A stretch of 64,000 nucleotides of DNA from Candidatus Poriferisocius sp. (GTDB lineage: Bacteria; Actinomycetota; Acidimicrobiia; Acidimicrobiales; Bin134), in the NCBI RefSeq assembly GCF_965214065.1, contig NZ_CBDCAT010000027.1, positions 823,968 to 887,967 of the forward strand. Direction: 5' to 3'. Shown here in pieces: positions 44,171-53,225 of this stretch. The notes beneath the pieces were generated by a model. That model did no database searches, was not told the DNA's origin, and was given only the letters and a program-made list of their open reading frames with translations. Position 1 is the stretch's first letter. Each line of letters begins with the position of its first letter. The position numbers and the translations under genes were made by a program.

Positions 44171-45754
44171 CTAAGGCAGAGCGGCATGAAGGATCCGCTC
44201 GTAGTCGGCTTCTTCGGTCGGCAAGGTCTCGACCAACCGCCCTCGGCTCATAACGTGGATCACGTCGGCCACTGCGAGCAGCTCCTCGAACTCTGACGAT
44301 GCCACAACAACGCCGAATCCGTGTTCCTGCACCAACCGGCGAATGAGAGCAAGGATCTCTGCCTTGGCCGCGACATCGATCCCTTGAGTTGGCTCGTCGA
44401 GCAAGAGGACGTCAGGTTTCGAAACCAGAGCTCGCGCCAGGGCAAGTTTTTGCTGATTGCCTCCACTGAGGTTACCGGCAAGTATCTCTGTGTTGGATGG
44501 GCGGATTCCGAACGCTTCGACGTGCTCACTGGCCAATTGCCGTTCTTTTCTGATTCGGCGCATTCCACCGCGGCTCGCCCCGGAGTGGATGGGAAGCGTG
44601 AGATTGGCTCGAACTGACAGCTGCGAGACGATGGCCGACGCGCGGCGGTCAGCCGGAACGAGGACGACCCCAGCACGGTATGCGCCTCTGATCATGCCAG
44701 GGTGGAGGGCATGACCGCGTACGGCGATAAGACCGCGGTCGTACCCGTCTACACCGGCAATCGCGCGCAGAAGGTGGCCGTGTCCTGATCCTTGAACTCC
44801 GGCCACACCAACGATTTGCCCTGAGTGCAAACGAAGCGAGACGTCGGCGAGATTGGGCTCTCGCGTCAGTCCGTCAACTTCAAGCAGAGGCCTTCCATTG
44901 GTCGCTTCCACCGAAGAGGAGCGGAAGGTGCCCGAAGGAGGACCATTTTGATCAGTGAGCCTGCTGGTCTTGGTCATGAGGGCGACGATCTTGTCCTTGT
45001 CGAGTTCTGCCCGGGGGAACGTGCCCACTGCACAGCCATCGCGCAGAACGGTGATCCGGTCGGCGATGCCGAGAACTTCGGTCAGCCGGTGGCTGACAAA
45101 GATGATCGCCTTCTGCTGGTCGCGCAGTAGCCGTAGCCTGTCTAGCATCGCCGCTGCATCGTTCTCGGACAGGGCTGCGTTGGGTTCGTCGAGGACGATG
45201 ACGTCGCCGGGATGCAAGAGTGTCCTAGAGATCTGCGCGAGCCGAAGCTCCGGGATGCTCAGCTGGCCTGACAGCGCCGATTCGCTGAAAGCAGCGCCGC
45301 AACGGTCCAATGCATCCCTGGTTTGCTCCCGCTCCTTGGAGGAGAGCTTCCCTTTTCGGTCAAATGGCCCTTCGAAGCCCAAGAGCATGTTGCGCCCGAT
45401 ACTGAAATCTGGCACCGCCTGCACTTCTTGGGGGACGTGGCTGATTCCACGTCGCTGGGCGTCTCGGGGACCGTGGAATACCACATCTGAATCGTCCAGC
45501 AAGATACGACCGGAGTCGGGAGGGATCAGCCCAGCCAGGATCTTCACCAAGGTCGACTTGCCCGCACCGTTCTCGCCTAGGAGTGCATGAACTTCGCCTC
45601 GCCGCACGTCGAAGCTGACGTCGTCGAGTGCCTTCACTCCTGGAAATGACTTGGTTATCCCGTCTAAGCGCGCCGCGGGAACATCGCCGGGCAGTTCCAC
45701 CCCGCAGGACGTTGCGCTCAGGTCAGGCTCAGATTCGGAGTCAGGCGGTGTCAT
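44171..45754 (-). CDS. Sugar (ribose/Mgl-type) ABC transporter ATP-binding protein with duplicated nucleotide-binding domains
   Basis: GENGAGKST in NBD1 and LSGGNQQKLALARA / LLLDEPTQGID in NBD2. Start chosen at MTPPDSE (45754), overlapping the permease stop by 14 nt. Confidence 0.9.
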   Translation of the reverse strand: MTPPDSESEPDLSATSCGVELPGDVPAARLDGITKSFPGVKALDDVSFDVRRGEVHALLGENGAGKSTLVKILAGLIPPDSGRILLDDSDVVFHGPRDAQRRGISHVPQEVQAVPDFSIGRNMLLGFEGPFDRKGKLSSKEREQTRDALDRCGAAFSESALSGQLSIPELRLAQISRTLLHPGDVIVLDEPNAALSENDAAAMLDRLRLLRDQQKAIIFVSHRLTEVLGIADRITVLRDGCAVGTFPRAELDKDKIVALMTKTSRLTDQNGPPSGTFRSSSVEATNGRPLLEVDGLTREPNLADVSLRLHSGQIVGVAGVQGSGHGHLLRAIAGVDGYDRGLIAVRGHALHPGMIRGAYRAGVVLVPADRRASAIVSQLSVRANLTLPIHSGASRGGMRRIRKERQLASEHVEAFGIRPSNTEILAGNLSGGNQQKLALARALVSKPDVLLLDEPTQGIDVAAKAEILALIRRLVQEHGFGVVVASSEFEELLAVADVIHVMSRGRLVETLPTEEADYERILHAALP

Positions 45755-46856
45755 CGCTCGACGTGTCTGTCTTTGAGGCCGGGCCGGCAAGCCTCCAGGA
45801 TTGTCCATCGAATCCGATGAAGAGTCGCTTCAGCGTCGGCAGGAGATCAGAGAATTGGCGGAAGCTTCCTCCCCTTATCTGGCTGATCAACACTGCGACC
45901 ACGAGGGCGATGCCGATCGCCATCTGCTGCTGGAAGGTACCGACACCAGTCACAGCAAGCCCCACAGTCAGGCATGTCATCAGAGCTACCCCGAGAAAGA
46001 CCCCGCTTAATCGGCCTTTGCCCCCGCCGATGACTGCACCCCCAATAACCGCTGCGGCAATTGATCGCAATTCGAAACCGGCACCGAGCCCGGTCTGGCC
46101 AACCGATACTCGGGCGGTGAGCATGATCCCGCCTGCACCGGCGAGCATGCCGGTGATCATGTAGGTAATGGTCTCGTAGCGGGCTACGGGAATCCCGGCC
46201 AGCCGACATGTCTCGCGGCTGCCGCCAATGGCGTACACATAAAGGCCGATACGCGTTCTTCCGGTGAACGCAACTGCCAACAGCAGGATGATGATGCCGA
46301 TTCCGATCGTCGATGGCATGAAACCCCAGTCGCGGCCACCGAACCACTTGAGGGTGGGATCGTTCGCGATAACTGAGGCTCCGTTGCTTCGCACGCCGCC
46401 GTAACCGGTCAAAAAGGTCAGCATCGCCATGGTCACGACGAACGGACTCACACGCAGCTTGGCGATCAGGATCCCGTTGACGAGCCCAATAGCGGCACCG
46501 GTGAGAAGCCCGATGACTATGGCCGCCGCCACCCCGTGGTCTGCCATCGCTTGGGCAGTGACGATGCTGGTGAAACCCATGTTCGCCCCAACAGAGAGGT
46601 CGAACCCGCCGACGGTTATGGCGAACATCTGGCCGATTGCCACCACGAGGAGCACGCCCGCCTGGCGCGATATGTTCTGAACGTTGGCTGTAGTTGGGTA
46701 GATTGACGGCTCGAGGAGCGAGAAAATGGCGATCATCGCGGCGAGCCCAGCCAGAAGCTGGAGTTCGGTTGAATACTTGAAAGCCCAGTCTCGGATGGAG
46801 AGCCTGTGACTCCTGGCCGTAAACGAGGTGTGAGCAGCCAACGATTCTTCGGTCAC
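45741..46856 (-). CDS. Sugar ABC transporter permease (RbsC-like)
   Basis: 371 aa, about 9-10 TM, glycine-rich helices typical of the RbsC/AraH family. Confidence 0.85.
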   Translation of the reverse strand: MTEESLAAHTSFTARSHRLSIRDWAFKYSTELQLLAGLAAMIAIFSLLEPSIYPTTANVQNISRQAGVLLVVAIGQMFAITVGGFDLSVGANMGFTSIVTAQAMADHGVAAAIVIGLLTGAAIGLVNGILIAKLRVSPFVVTMAMLTFLTGYGGVRSNGASVIANDPTLKWFGGRDWGFMPSTIGIGIIILLLAVAFTGRTRIGLYVYAIGGSRETCRLAGIPVARYETITYMITGMLAGAGGIMLTARVSVGQTGLGAGFELRSIAAAVIGGAVIGGGKGRLSGVFLGVALMTCLTVGLAVTGVGTFQQQMAIGIALVVAVLISQIRGGSFRQFSDLLPTLKRLFIGFDGQSWRLAGPASKTDTSSDDTA

Positions 46857-46946
46857 AGAAGCCCCCTCAAGAGCATAGTTCTATTCCACTACCGCTCTCC
46901 GGCCTGCTAGAAGGCAGCCGCGAGGCCGCCTCCTAACTGATTGGCA

Positions 46947-47858
46947 TCAGCCGTCCAACCCTGCCCAAGATTCGGGCGGGCGTGCTTTCGCCCCTGTCAA
47001 ATAGGGGTTCTTCTCCACCCATTCGTCGAGAGGGTTCTCACGGCGGAACTTCGCTGCCAGATCGCCGAGTGTGCTGAAGGTTCGTCCTTCGCCCTCCATA
47101 TAGTCGATCAGCTCCTCAAGCATCTTGATACGCGACCCGCGGCCGATGAACTGTGGGTGGCAAGTGAGAACGTACATCCCACCCGGGCAGTTCTCGATCA
47201 TGTAGTCAAACTCCCCCTGCCACAGCTCTCGAACCTGTGAAGGAGTATTGGGACCCTGGTTCATACCCCAGACGTATTCAAACGGCGGAAAGTCGTCCAG
47301 TCCCCAACTGGGAGGGAGTTCCACGATGTCGATCGGTGTGCCGAACACGAAGGGTTCGTTCGCAGGGAATTCGTCACCATCTCGCAAGTAGTAGGGGTAG
47401 AAGTCACTCGCCATGAATGTCGACGAATAGTCGAGATCGAACTCTTTCATGAGATCCAAGGTGTTGGGGCTGAAGTCCCATGCCGCGGTGCGACACCCGG
47501 TAGGACGAACACCTGCGGCGTAGTCGATAGCTTCGAAGCCCAGTTCGAAGTCTCGTCTCTCTTCTTCCAAGGAGAGTTTGGTGGGGTTGCGGTGGCTCCA
47601 CCCGTGGTGCCCGATCTCGTGACCCTTGTCCACGATCTCCTTGACGAGGTCTGGGTAGAGGTGGGCCGAGTGACCCGGGCAGAAGAAGGTGCAGGGAATA
47701 TCCCGATCTTCCAGGACCTTGAGAACACGCTTCAGCCCCGGAACGGCGAATTCCCCCCGAGAGCACATGCTGGGTGTCTCAGCTCCAAATGAGCCTAGCC
47801 AGAGGCAGATTGCATCGAAATCAAAGGTCAGGCAGATCGTGTGATCTTTGTTAGTCAT
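46947..47858 (-). CDS. Polysaccharide deacetylase (CE4 / NodB-homology) family protein
   Basis: ICLTFDFD (motif 1) and IGHHGWSH (HxxxH motif 2). 303 aa with no signal peptide. Confidence 0.8.
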   Translation of the reverse strand: MTNKDHTICLTFDFDAICLWLGSFGAETPSMCSRGEFAVPGLKRVLKVLEDRDIPCTFFCPGHSAHLYPDLVKEIVDKGHEIGHHGWSHRNPTKLSLEEERRDFELGFEAIDYAAGVRPTGCRTAAWDFSPNTLDLMKEFDLDYSSTFMASDFYPYYLRDGDEFPANEPFVFGTPIDIVELPPSWGLDDFPPFEYVWGMNQGPNTPSQVRELWQGEFDYMIENCPGGMYVLTCHPQFIGRGSRIKMLEELIDYMEGEGRTFSTLGDLAAKFRRENPLDEWVEKNPYLTGAKARPPESWAGLDG

Positions 47859-47892
47859 CTATTTCTCCTTGCTAGGCGTTGATACAGGGAAC

Positions 47893-49071
47893 TTAGCTGA
47901 CCTCAGCCTGCCACCCGGCGGGGATCAGCTCGATCTGGACCCAATCCTCGTTGACGTTGGACGGGTCGACTACGGGGAAGGGCACGCAGTTGATGCGAGG
48001 CACGTCATCTCCGTTCAGCACCGAAACCGCAGTTCCGAGACCGATGTAGCCCATCCAGTACGGACTCACGAGGAACAGGGCATCAGCGCTGCCGTCGTCG
48101 ATCCAAGGAGCTGAGAAATTGGTGAAATCGGACGCTATGTAGGGGACGTCCTGGTATTCCTCAGGAATGGAGGGAGGCAGCAGCAATGCGAAGTGGGCCG
48201 CATAGATCCAGTCGATTTCCGGGTTTCCGGTAACCACGTTCAAGAAATCGGCGAGGCCTTCCTCGGGATCGACCAACTGGTTGGGCGCAGCGATTATCTC
48301 GAGATTCGGATGGGCTTCTTCTACCCGGTCTCTGAAGCCTTCGGCCCGCTTGCGAGACCAGGTGGCATTGGCGGGACCCGCCATAACGACACCCTTCCCG
48401 CCTTCGGGAACCAGTTCGGCGATGGCATCGGCGCCTGCTTTGCCGAACAGGTAGTCGTCCTGCATGATCATGAAGACCCTGCCGTCGGGAACCTCTGTCG
48501 AGACGTTCACGACGGGCACGCCCGCGTCGGTTGCCGCATCCACAATTGCAACCGAGCCAGCCGTGTCCACGGGAGCCAGAATGATGGCATCGGGGTTGCG
48601 CTGGAGAATGTTCTCCGCGTCTGCGAGCTGGTCGGCGGGACCCGTATAGCCCACGCCCGCCGTATGCCGGACCGTGACGGTCCCGCCGCCGGCTGCCGAG
48701 ACGTCGGCTGCCGCTTGCTCCGCGCCGTAGGCCATGGCCTGGTAGTACTCAGCGGCCAGGCTCACTTGCATGAAGTCGATCTCGTAGGAAGCGTCAGCCG
48801 CAGGTGGGGCATACGCCAGCAAATCGTCGGTCGTGGAATTCACATCGCAATCCAGCGGAGTTCTGAAGTACTCATCGTTGATCTCTACCGGCTCGGGGGC
48901 GCTCTCAGGGGTAGGCGCAGGGGTAGGGGCAGCAGTCGGCGCAGGGGTAGAAGCGGCAGTCGTCTCCGGGGCCGAAGTCTCCCCCGGGTCGTCGTCATTT
49001 CCGCACGCTGATGCGACCAGTACGAGTGCCGCAATAGTGCCCAAGACCGCCCACAGCTTCATCCGTCGCAT
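47893..49071 (-). CDS. Sugar-type (PBP type I) ABC substrate-binding lipoprotein
   Basis: MRRMKLWAVLGTIAALVLVASAC|GNDDDPG, then a Pro/Ala/Thr-rich linker. AGGTAGGA ribosome-binding site upstream of ATG 49071. Confidence 0.85.
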   Translation of the reverse strand: MRRMKLWAVLGTIAALVLVASACGNDDDPGETSAPETTAASTPAPTAAPTPAPTPESAPEPVEINDEYFRTPLDCDVNSTTDDLLAYAPPAADASYEIDFMQVSLAAEYYQAMAYGAEQAAADVSAAGGGTVTVRHTAGVGYTGPADQLADAENILQRNPDAIILAPVDTAGSVAIVDAATDAGVPVVNVSTEVPDGRVFMIMQDDYLFGKAGADAIAELVPEGGKGVVMAGPANATWSRKRAEGFRDRVEEAHPNLEIIAAPNQLVDPEEGLADFLNVVTGNPEIDWIYAAHFALLLPPSIPEEYQDVPYIASDFTNFSAPWIDDGSADALFLVSPYWMGYIGLGTAVSVLNGDDVPRINCVPFPVVDPSNVNEDWVQIELIPAGWQAEVS

Positions 49072-49132
49072 ATCGGTTCCTACCTTCCGGTCAGAGCGCA
49101 CCGCCCCTGATGAGCGGTCCAACTGAGATCGA

Positions 49133-49147
49133 ATATTATAGCATAAT
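49133..49147. promoter_or_regulatory. AT-rich palindromic operator candidate, copy A (ATATTATAGCATAAT)
   Basis: 62-76 nt upstream of the SBP start. It is followed by a tandem ATAATCCA-GG-ATAATCCA. The same 15-mer occurs at 49755. Confidence 0.5.
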
Positions 49148-49221
49148 CCAGGATAATCCAGCCCGTGGGCCTCGTCAACCGTCGAGTCTGGGTGCCAGTG
49201 GGGGACTCGCGCTGCTTGAAC

Positions 49222-49689
49222 CTATGAGATGATCTGAAACACGCCTTCAGCCTCGACGGCGAGCCCGAGTGGCAGTGCAGCCATTCCCACAGTCGAACGG
49301 GCATGTTTCCCGTTTTCGCCGAAAACATCGACCATCAGGTCGGAGGCGCCGTTTGCGATCATCTGGTGTCTATCGAAATCCGGAGCCGAGTTGATCATGA
49401 TGAGCAGCTTGACAACCCTCTTTATCCGACTCAGCTCGCCAAACTCGGCCTTGAGGGTAGAGAGCATGTTGAGAGCGACAAGCTGGGCTGCCTCTACTGC
49501 GGTTTCGACGTCCATGTCCTCACCCACTCGACCCTTGTGAATGAGCTCGCCGTCTTTGAACGGGCCATGCCCAGCCACGAAGACGAGGTCGCCGACGGTG
49601 ACTGTTCCCAAGTAATTTGAGGTGTTCGGCGGGCACGGCGGCAATGTGAGCCCAAGCTCCTCGAGCCGAGACTCTGGGGAGACTTTCAT
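49222..49689 (-). CDS. RidA/YjgF/TdcF-family reactive-intermediate (enamine/imine) deaminase
   Basis: 155 aa from MKVSPESRLEELGL with GGAGG 8 nt upstream. C-terminal ARSTVGMAALPLGLAVEAEGVFQI is the typical RidA signature region. Confidence 0.8.
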   Translation of the reverse strand: MKVSPESRLEELGLTLPPCPPNTSNYLGTVTVGDLVFVAGHGPFKDGELIHKGRVGEDMDVETAVEAAQLVALNMLSTLKAEFGELSRIKRVVKLLIMINSAPDFDRHQMIANGASDLMVDVFGENGKHARSTVGMAALPLGLAVEAEGVFQIIS

Positions 49690-49754
49690 GGGGGCACCTC
49701 CTTGGGATCCCATGGGCGGCCCGTCAAGACCCCTGAGAGTCCTTTGCGATGTAG

Positions 49755-49771
49755 ATATTATAGCATAATAT
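49755..49771. promoter_or_regulatory. AT-rich palindromic operator candidate, copy B (ATATTAT-AGC-ATAATAT)
   Basis: 7-3-7 perfect palindrome in the divergent region between the RidA gene and the 249-aa gene. ATAATCC follows at 49782. Confidence 0.5.
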
Positions 49772-49820
49772 AGGAATACCGATAATCCCGTAGTAGTCCA
49801 TCCGTGAATGGAGACTCCTG

Positions 49821-50570
49821 ATGCTGTTAGCCAACCCACGAGGCGGATACCGCTTCCTCATGGGAATAGACCCCTACTCTTGTGGCGTAGTTGCCGACCC
49901 TGGCTACGAAATCGTCCACGCGACCCTGCGAACTCCGCTGCCCTGGCGGGAGGGCTTTGAGAAGATCGATTCCCATCTTCGGGAGATCGGTCGATCCCGT
50001 CACGCCCTCTGCGGAGTTGAGCTTCGGTCCCCCACGCCCTACAGCATGGAGGGATTCATCGAGTTCAACGTGGGCTATTGCGATTTGGTCCAGACATGGG
50101 ATCTATATGTTGGCGACCTCAATCCTGTCGCCCGGACAAACGTTGCTCCGGCTGATTCTCCCCCGGCCACCCCTGTATTGCACGGCTTCTCCTACACCGC
50201 TCCCGAAATGCAGGACGCCCCGATGACATTCGTCGTCGCGGGTGCTGCGGAGTTGCGCGAGGCCGCCCTGGACGAGGACGACATCATCCGAAGAGGGGAG
50301 TCCGGGCCCGACGCCCTGCGGGAGAAGGCGGGCCATGTGATCGGGATCATGGAGTCACGCCTTCATGGTCTAGGTGCCAGTTGGGAGCTGGTCACTGCAA
50401 TTGACGTGTACACCGTGCTCCTGCTGGAGGGGTTGCTAGAGGACTCAGTTCTACCGAAGGTAGGAGTGGCGGGACGCCACGGGCTTTGCTGGAGTCGGGC
50501 GAGGCCGCCAGTTCTCGGACTCGATTTCGAAATGGACATGCGCGGCGTGCGGTCCGAAATCAAGTTGTAG
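49821..50570 (+). CDS. Conserved hypothetical protein; the C-terminal half looks RidA/YjgF-like
   Basis: 249 aa with GGAGAC upstream. Residues ~135-249 (ALREKAGHVIGIMESRLHGLGASWELVTAIDVYTV ... LGLDFEMDMRGV) follow the helix-strand pattern of YjgF-fold proteins. The N-terminal half is unrecognised. Confidence 0.55.
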   Translation: MLLANPRGGYRFLMGIDPYSCGVVADPGYEIVHATLRTPLPWREGFEKIDSHLREIGRSRHALCGVELRSPTPYSMEGFIEFNVGYCDLVQTWDLYVGDLNPVARTNVAPADSPPATPVLHGFSYTAPEMQDAPMTFVVAGAAELREAALDEDDIIRRGESGPDALREKAGHVIGIMESRLHGLGASWELVTAIDVYTVLLLEGLLEDSVLPKVGVAGRHGLCWSRARPPVLGLDFEMDMRGVRSEIKL

Positions 50571-50589
50571 CCGGCGGGAAGGACTACCT

Positions 50590-51450
50590 GTGAAACTGAT
50601 TCGAGTCGGTGCCGAAGGCCAAGAAAGCCCTGCTGTTGTTGACCCCAAAGACGGGTCGGTTTTGAGCGCTGAATCCGTAGCCCCGGACTATGACGCCGAG
50701 TTCTTTGGGAGCGATGGTCTCGACCGCCTAAGGGAGGCACTTGACGCCGGAATCCTCCCGCCGCTCCAGTCGGGCAAGTCGCGCCTCGGCCCCCCCATCA
50801 AACGACCGGGCAAGATCATCGGCATCGGACTCAATTACCGAGACCACGCCGCGGAATCGAACATGCCGATCCCCGATGAGCCAATTCTGTTCATGAAGGC
50901 ACCCAACACCGTCATCGGTCCAAATGACGATGTGCGTATTCCGCCCGGATCGACCAAGACCGACTGGGAGGTTGAACTCGGCGTCATTGTCGGCCGGCAG
51001 GCAAGCTACCTGCGGACTCCGACGGAGGCGCTCCCGTACGTCGCTGGGTACACCATCTCCAACGATCTCTCCGAACGCGAGTATCAACTAGAGCGCGATG
51101 GCCAGTGGGACAAGGGAAAATCCTGCGACACCTTCAACCCTCTTGGCCCGTGGCTCGTGACGAGCGACGAGATTCCCGACCCGCAAACGCTGAACTTGTG
51201 GCTCAACATCGACGGTGGCCGTGAGCAGACTGGCCACACTTCCGACATGATCTTCTCTGTCGAACACATTGTCTGGTTTGTGAGCCAGTTCATGGTTCTT
51301 GAACCGGGCGACCTGATAAACACCGGTACGCCATCTGGGGTTGGACTCAGCAAGACGCCACCCCGTTACCTACAGCCTGGCCGTGAATTGCATCTCGGAA
51401 TCGACGCGCTGGGCGAGCAAAGGACGAGGACAATCGCAACCCCCCACTAG
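50590..51450 (+). CDS. Fumarylacetoacetate hydrolase (FAH) family protein
   Basis: GTG start. WEVELGVIVGR, GYTISNDLSERE, KGKSCDTFNPLGP, PGDLINTGTPSGVG. Confidence 0.85.
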   Translation: MKLIRVGAEGQESPAVVDPKDGSVLSAESVAPDYDAEFFGSDGLDRLREALDAGILPPLQSGKSRLGPPIKRPGKIIGIGLNYRDHAAESNMPIPDEPILFMKAPNTVIGPNDDVRIPPGSTKTDWEVELGVIVGRQASYLRTPTEALPYVAGYTISNDLSEREYQLERDGQWDKGKSCDTFNPLGPWLVTSDEIPDPQTLNLWLNIDGGREQTGHTSDMIFSVEHIVWFVSQFMVLEPGDLINTGTPSGVGLSKTPPRYLQPGRELHLGIDALGEQRTRTIATPH

Positions 51451-51479
51451 CAGGGTGGTCGCGTGCCCGCGCCGCAACG

Positions 51480-52163
51480 CTAGGGAACTTCCTCCACCCC
51501 GCCGTGTTCCTCGCGGCCCACGAAGCTTGCCGCCTCAACCGCGCCCCTGATCAATTCAACCGTGGATGCAAGATGGCAGCGCAAGGCTTCTGCGGCTGCG
51601 GATTGGTCGCCATTGCTAAGGGCATCCACTATCAACCGGTGCTCATCACTCGCTGCATCATGTCGGTAGTGAAGCGACAGCCGCTGATAGCGGGCGGAAT
51701 GCAGCCAGAGTTGGTCAATCAGCTTGAGTCGTCGAGGGGAACCAGCCAATTCATAGATCGCAAAGTGAAACTCGCGGTTCAGGGCGACAACCGCCGCGTG
51801 GTCGCCCTTGGCATGGCGCTCTTGGGCTTCACCGAGGTTGTTCAAGAGCATGTCGATCTTCTTCTCATCGCAGCCTGATGCTCGTCTCACTGCTTCACAT
51901 TCGAGCTCTGTGCGGACGATGTACAGGTCGTCGAGGTCTTCTACCGACATTGACGACACCCATGCTCCACGGTTGTGGAACACAGTGACGAATCCTTCAG
52001 ACTCGAGAATTCGAAACGCCTCGCGCACCGGAATGAAGCTCGTGCCGCACCTCTCGGCGATCACCTTCGGTTGAAGCTTCGACTCTGGCAGATATGTGCC
52101 ATCGATAATGCCCTCGCGGAGGTGGCGCACTACGAGTTCCACTGTGCTGTCGGGGTCATGCAT
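51480..52163 (-). CDS. GntR-family (FadR/FCD subfamily) transcriptional regulator
   Basis: N-terminal wHTH KLQPKVIAERCGTSFIPVREAFRILESEGFV and an all-helical FCD-like C-terminal domain. Confidence 0.9.
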   Translation of the reverse strand: MHDPDSTVELVVRHLREGIIDGTYLPESKLQPKVIAERCGTSFIPVREAFRILESEGFVTVFHNRGAWVSSMSVEDLDDLYIVRTELECEAVRRASGCDEKKIDMLLNNLGEAQERHAKGDHAAVVALNREFHFAIYELAGSPRRLKLIDQLWLHSARYQRLSLHYRHDAASDEHRLIVDALSNGDQSAAAEALRCHLASTVELIRGAVEAASFVGREEHGGVEEVP

Positions 52164-52198
52164 CGGGTTGAACCATTTTCGGCAAGTTCGGCGGCCAA

Positions 52199-52210
52199 AT
52201 ATTATATCAT
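52199..52210. promoter_or_regulatory. AT-rich operator candidate, copy C (ATATTATATCAT)
   Basis: 11/12 identical to the first 12 nt of copies A and B. It is embedded in CCAAAT-ATTATATC-ATTTGG, 36 nt upstream of the GntR start, in a region shared with the divergent VOC gene. Confidence 0.45.
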
Positions 52211-52390
52211 TTGGCTAGGAACTTTCACGGCTCGCTCCGCAGGCGACCCTGTCGAGTCGGGCCAGCATGCCCTGGCAGTCTCGTGGTCTCGACTCGATAA
52301 ACCAGTTCGACAAGCAGGCCGTAAGCGCCAGTCGGGGTGTAGCCGTGACGGACTGTACGCTCTGCATATGGCTGTCGGGAAGGAAAGCCG

Positions 52391-52897
52391 ATGATAAATG
52401 GGATTCACCACATCGCGCTGTCAACTGGGAACCTGGCCCGGTTGCGGGAGTTTTATGCCGAGCTGCTCGGATTCGAGGTTGTTGACGAGAGGGGCTGGAC
52501 CGACAACGAGGTGATCGACAGCATCGTTGGATTGGAAGATTCGTCGGCCACCAGCTTGATCTTGCGGGCTGGCAACGTGTTCATCGAGATCTTTCAGTAT
52601 CACCAGCCGATCGGAGCGCCGTCAGACCCCAATCGGCCGGTTTGTGATCATGGCTACACCCATCTTGCACTAAACGTGACCGACATTGATGCCGAATACG
52701 AGCGGCTACGGGCCGCCGGAATGCACTTTCACCGGCCGCCGCCCACGAAGGAGGAGTTGGGAGAGCGGGGAGAGATGCTGCAACTGCGGGCAACGTACGG
52801 GCGCGATCCCGATGGTAACGTGATCGAGCTCCAAGAGGTGCTCGACCCCGATATGCCATTTGCCATGGACAAGGCAGGATTCCGAACAGGGAATTAG
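52391..52897 (+). CDS. VOC (glyoxalase/bleomycin-resistance/extradiol dioxygenase) family protein
   Basis: INGIHHIALSTGNLARLREFY ... GYTHLALNV ... DPDGNVIEL. Confidence 0.85.
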   Translation: MINGIHHIALSTGNLARLREFYAELLGFEVVDERGWTDNEVIDSIVGLEDSSATSLILRAGNVFIEIFQYHQPIGAPSDPNRPVCDHGYTHLALNVTDIDAEYERLRAAGMHFHRPPPTKEELGERGEMLQLRATYGRDPDGNVIELQEVLDPDMPFAMDKAGFRTGN

Positions 52898-52952
52898 AGC
52901 CTATTGACGAACTGATCGCCTATACAGGTAGAGGTTCCATGCTGGCCATCCC

Positions 52953-53213
52953 CTATTTTCGCGTCTGATCGGACTCGACGATGGCGGTCACCGTTTTGCG
53001 GCCGAGTCCGGAAACTTCCGCGATCTGTCGAAGTGAGGCTCCGGCGCGGTGGGCGATCCGAATCATGTCATCTCGGATCACCATCTCTTTGTGAGCTCGC
53101 TCGGCGCTGAGACCGACCACAGACAGGGCAGCGCCTACCTCACCTTCTAGTCCACTCCGGTACTTATCCATCGCTGCATCGGCTGCGGACACGTCTGCTT
53201 GGCGATAGCCCAT
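52953..53213 (-). CDS. Small (86 aa) helix-turn-helix protein, function unknown
   Basis: C-terminal GASLRQIAEVSGLGRKTVTAIV looks like a resolvase/sigma-70-region-4-type HTH. Confidence 0.45.
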   Translation of the reverse strand: MGYRQADVSAADAAMDKYRSGLEGEVGAALSVVGLSAERAHKEMVIRDDMIRIAHRAGASLRQIAEVSGLGRKTVTAIVESDQTRK

Positions 53214-53225
53214 GGTTGCTTAAGC

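Noticed and set aside
52164-52390. 227-bp region upstream of the VOC gene, with nested short stems (TCGAGTCG...CGACTCGA, GCCAG...CTGGC), considered as a possible riboswitch or sRNA.
   Set aside because: The stems are short with large loops and I recognise no known riboswitch core. The region already holds a divergent promoter and the operator-like motif. It is worth a covariance-model scan but is not supportable from the sequence alone.
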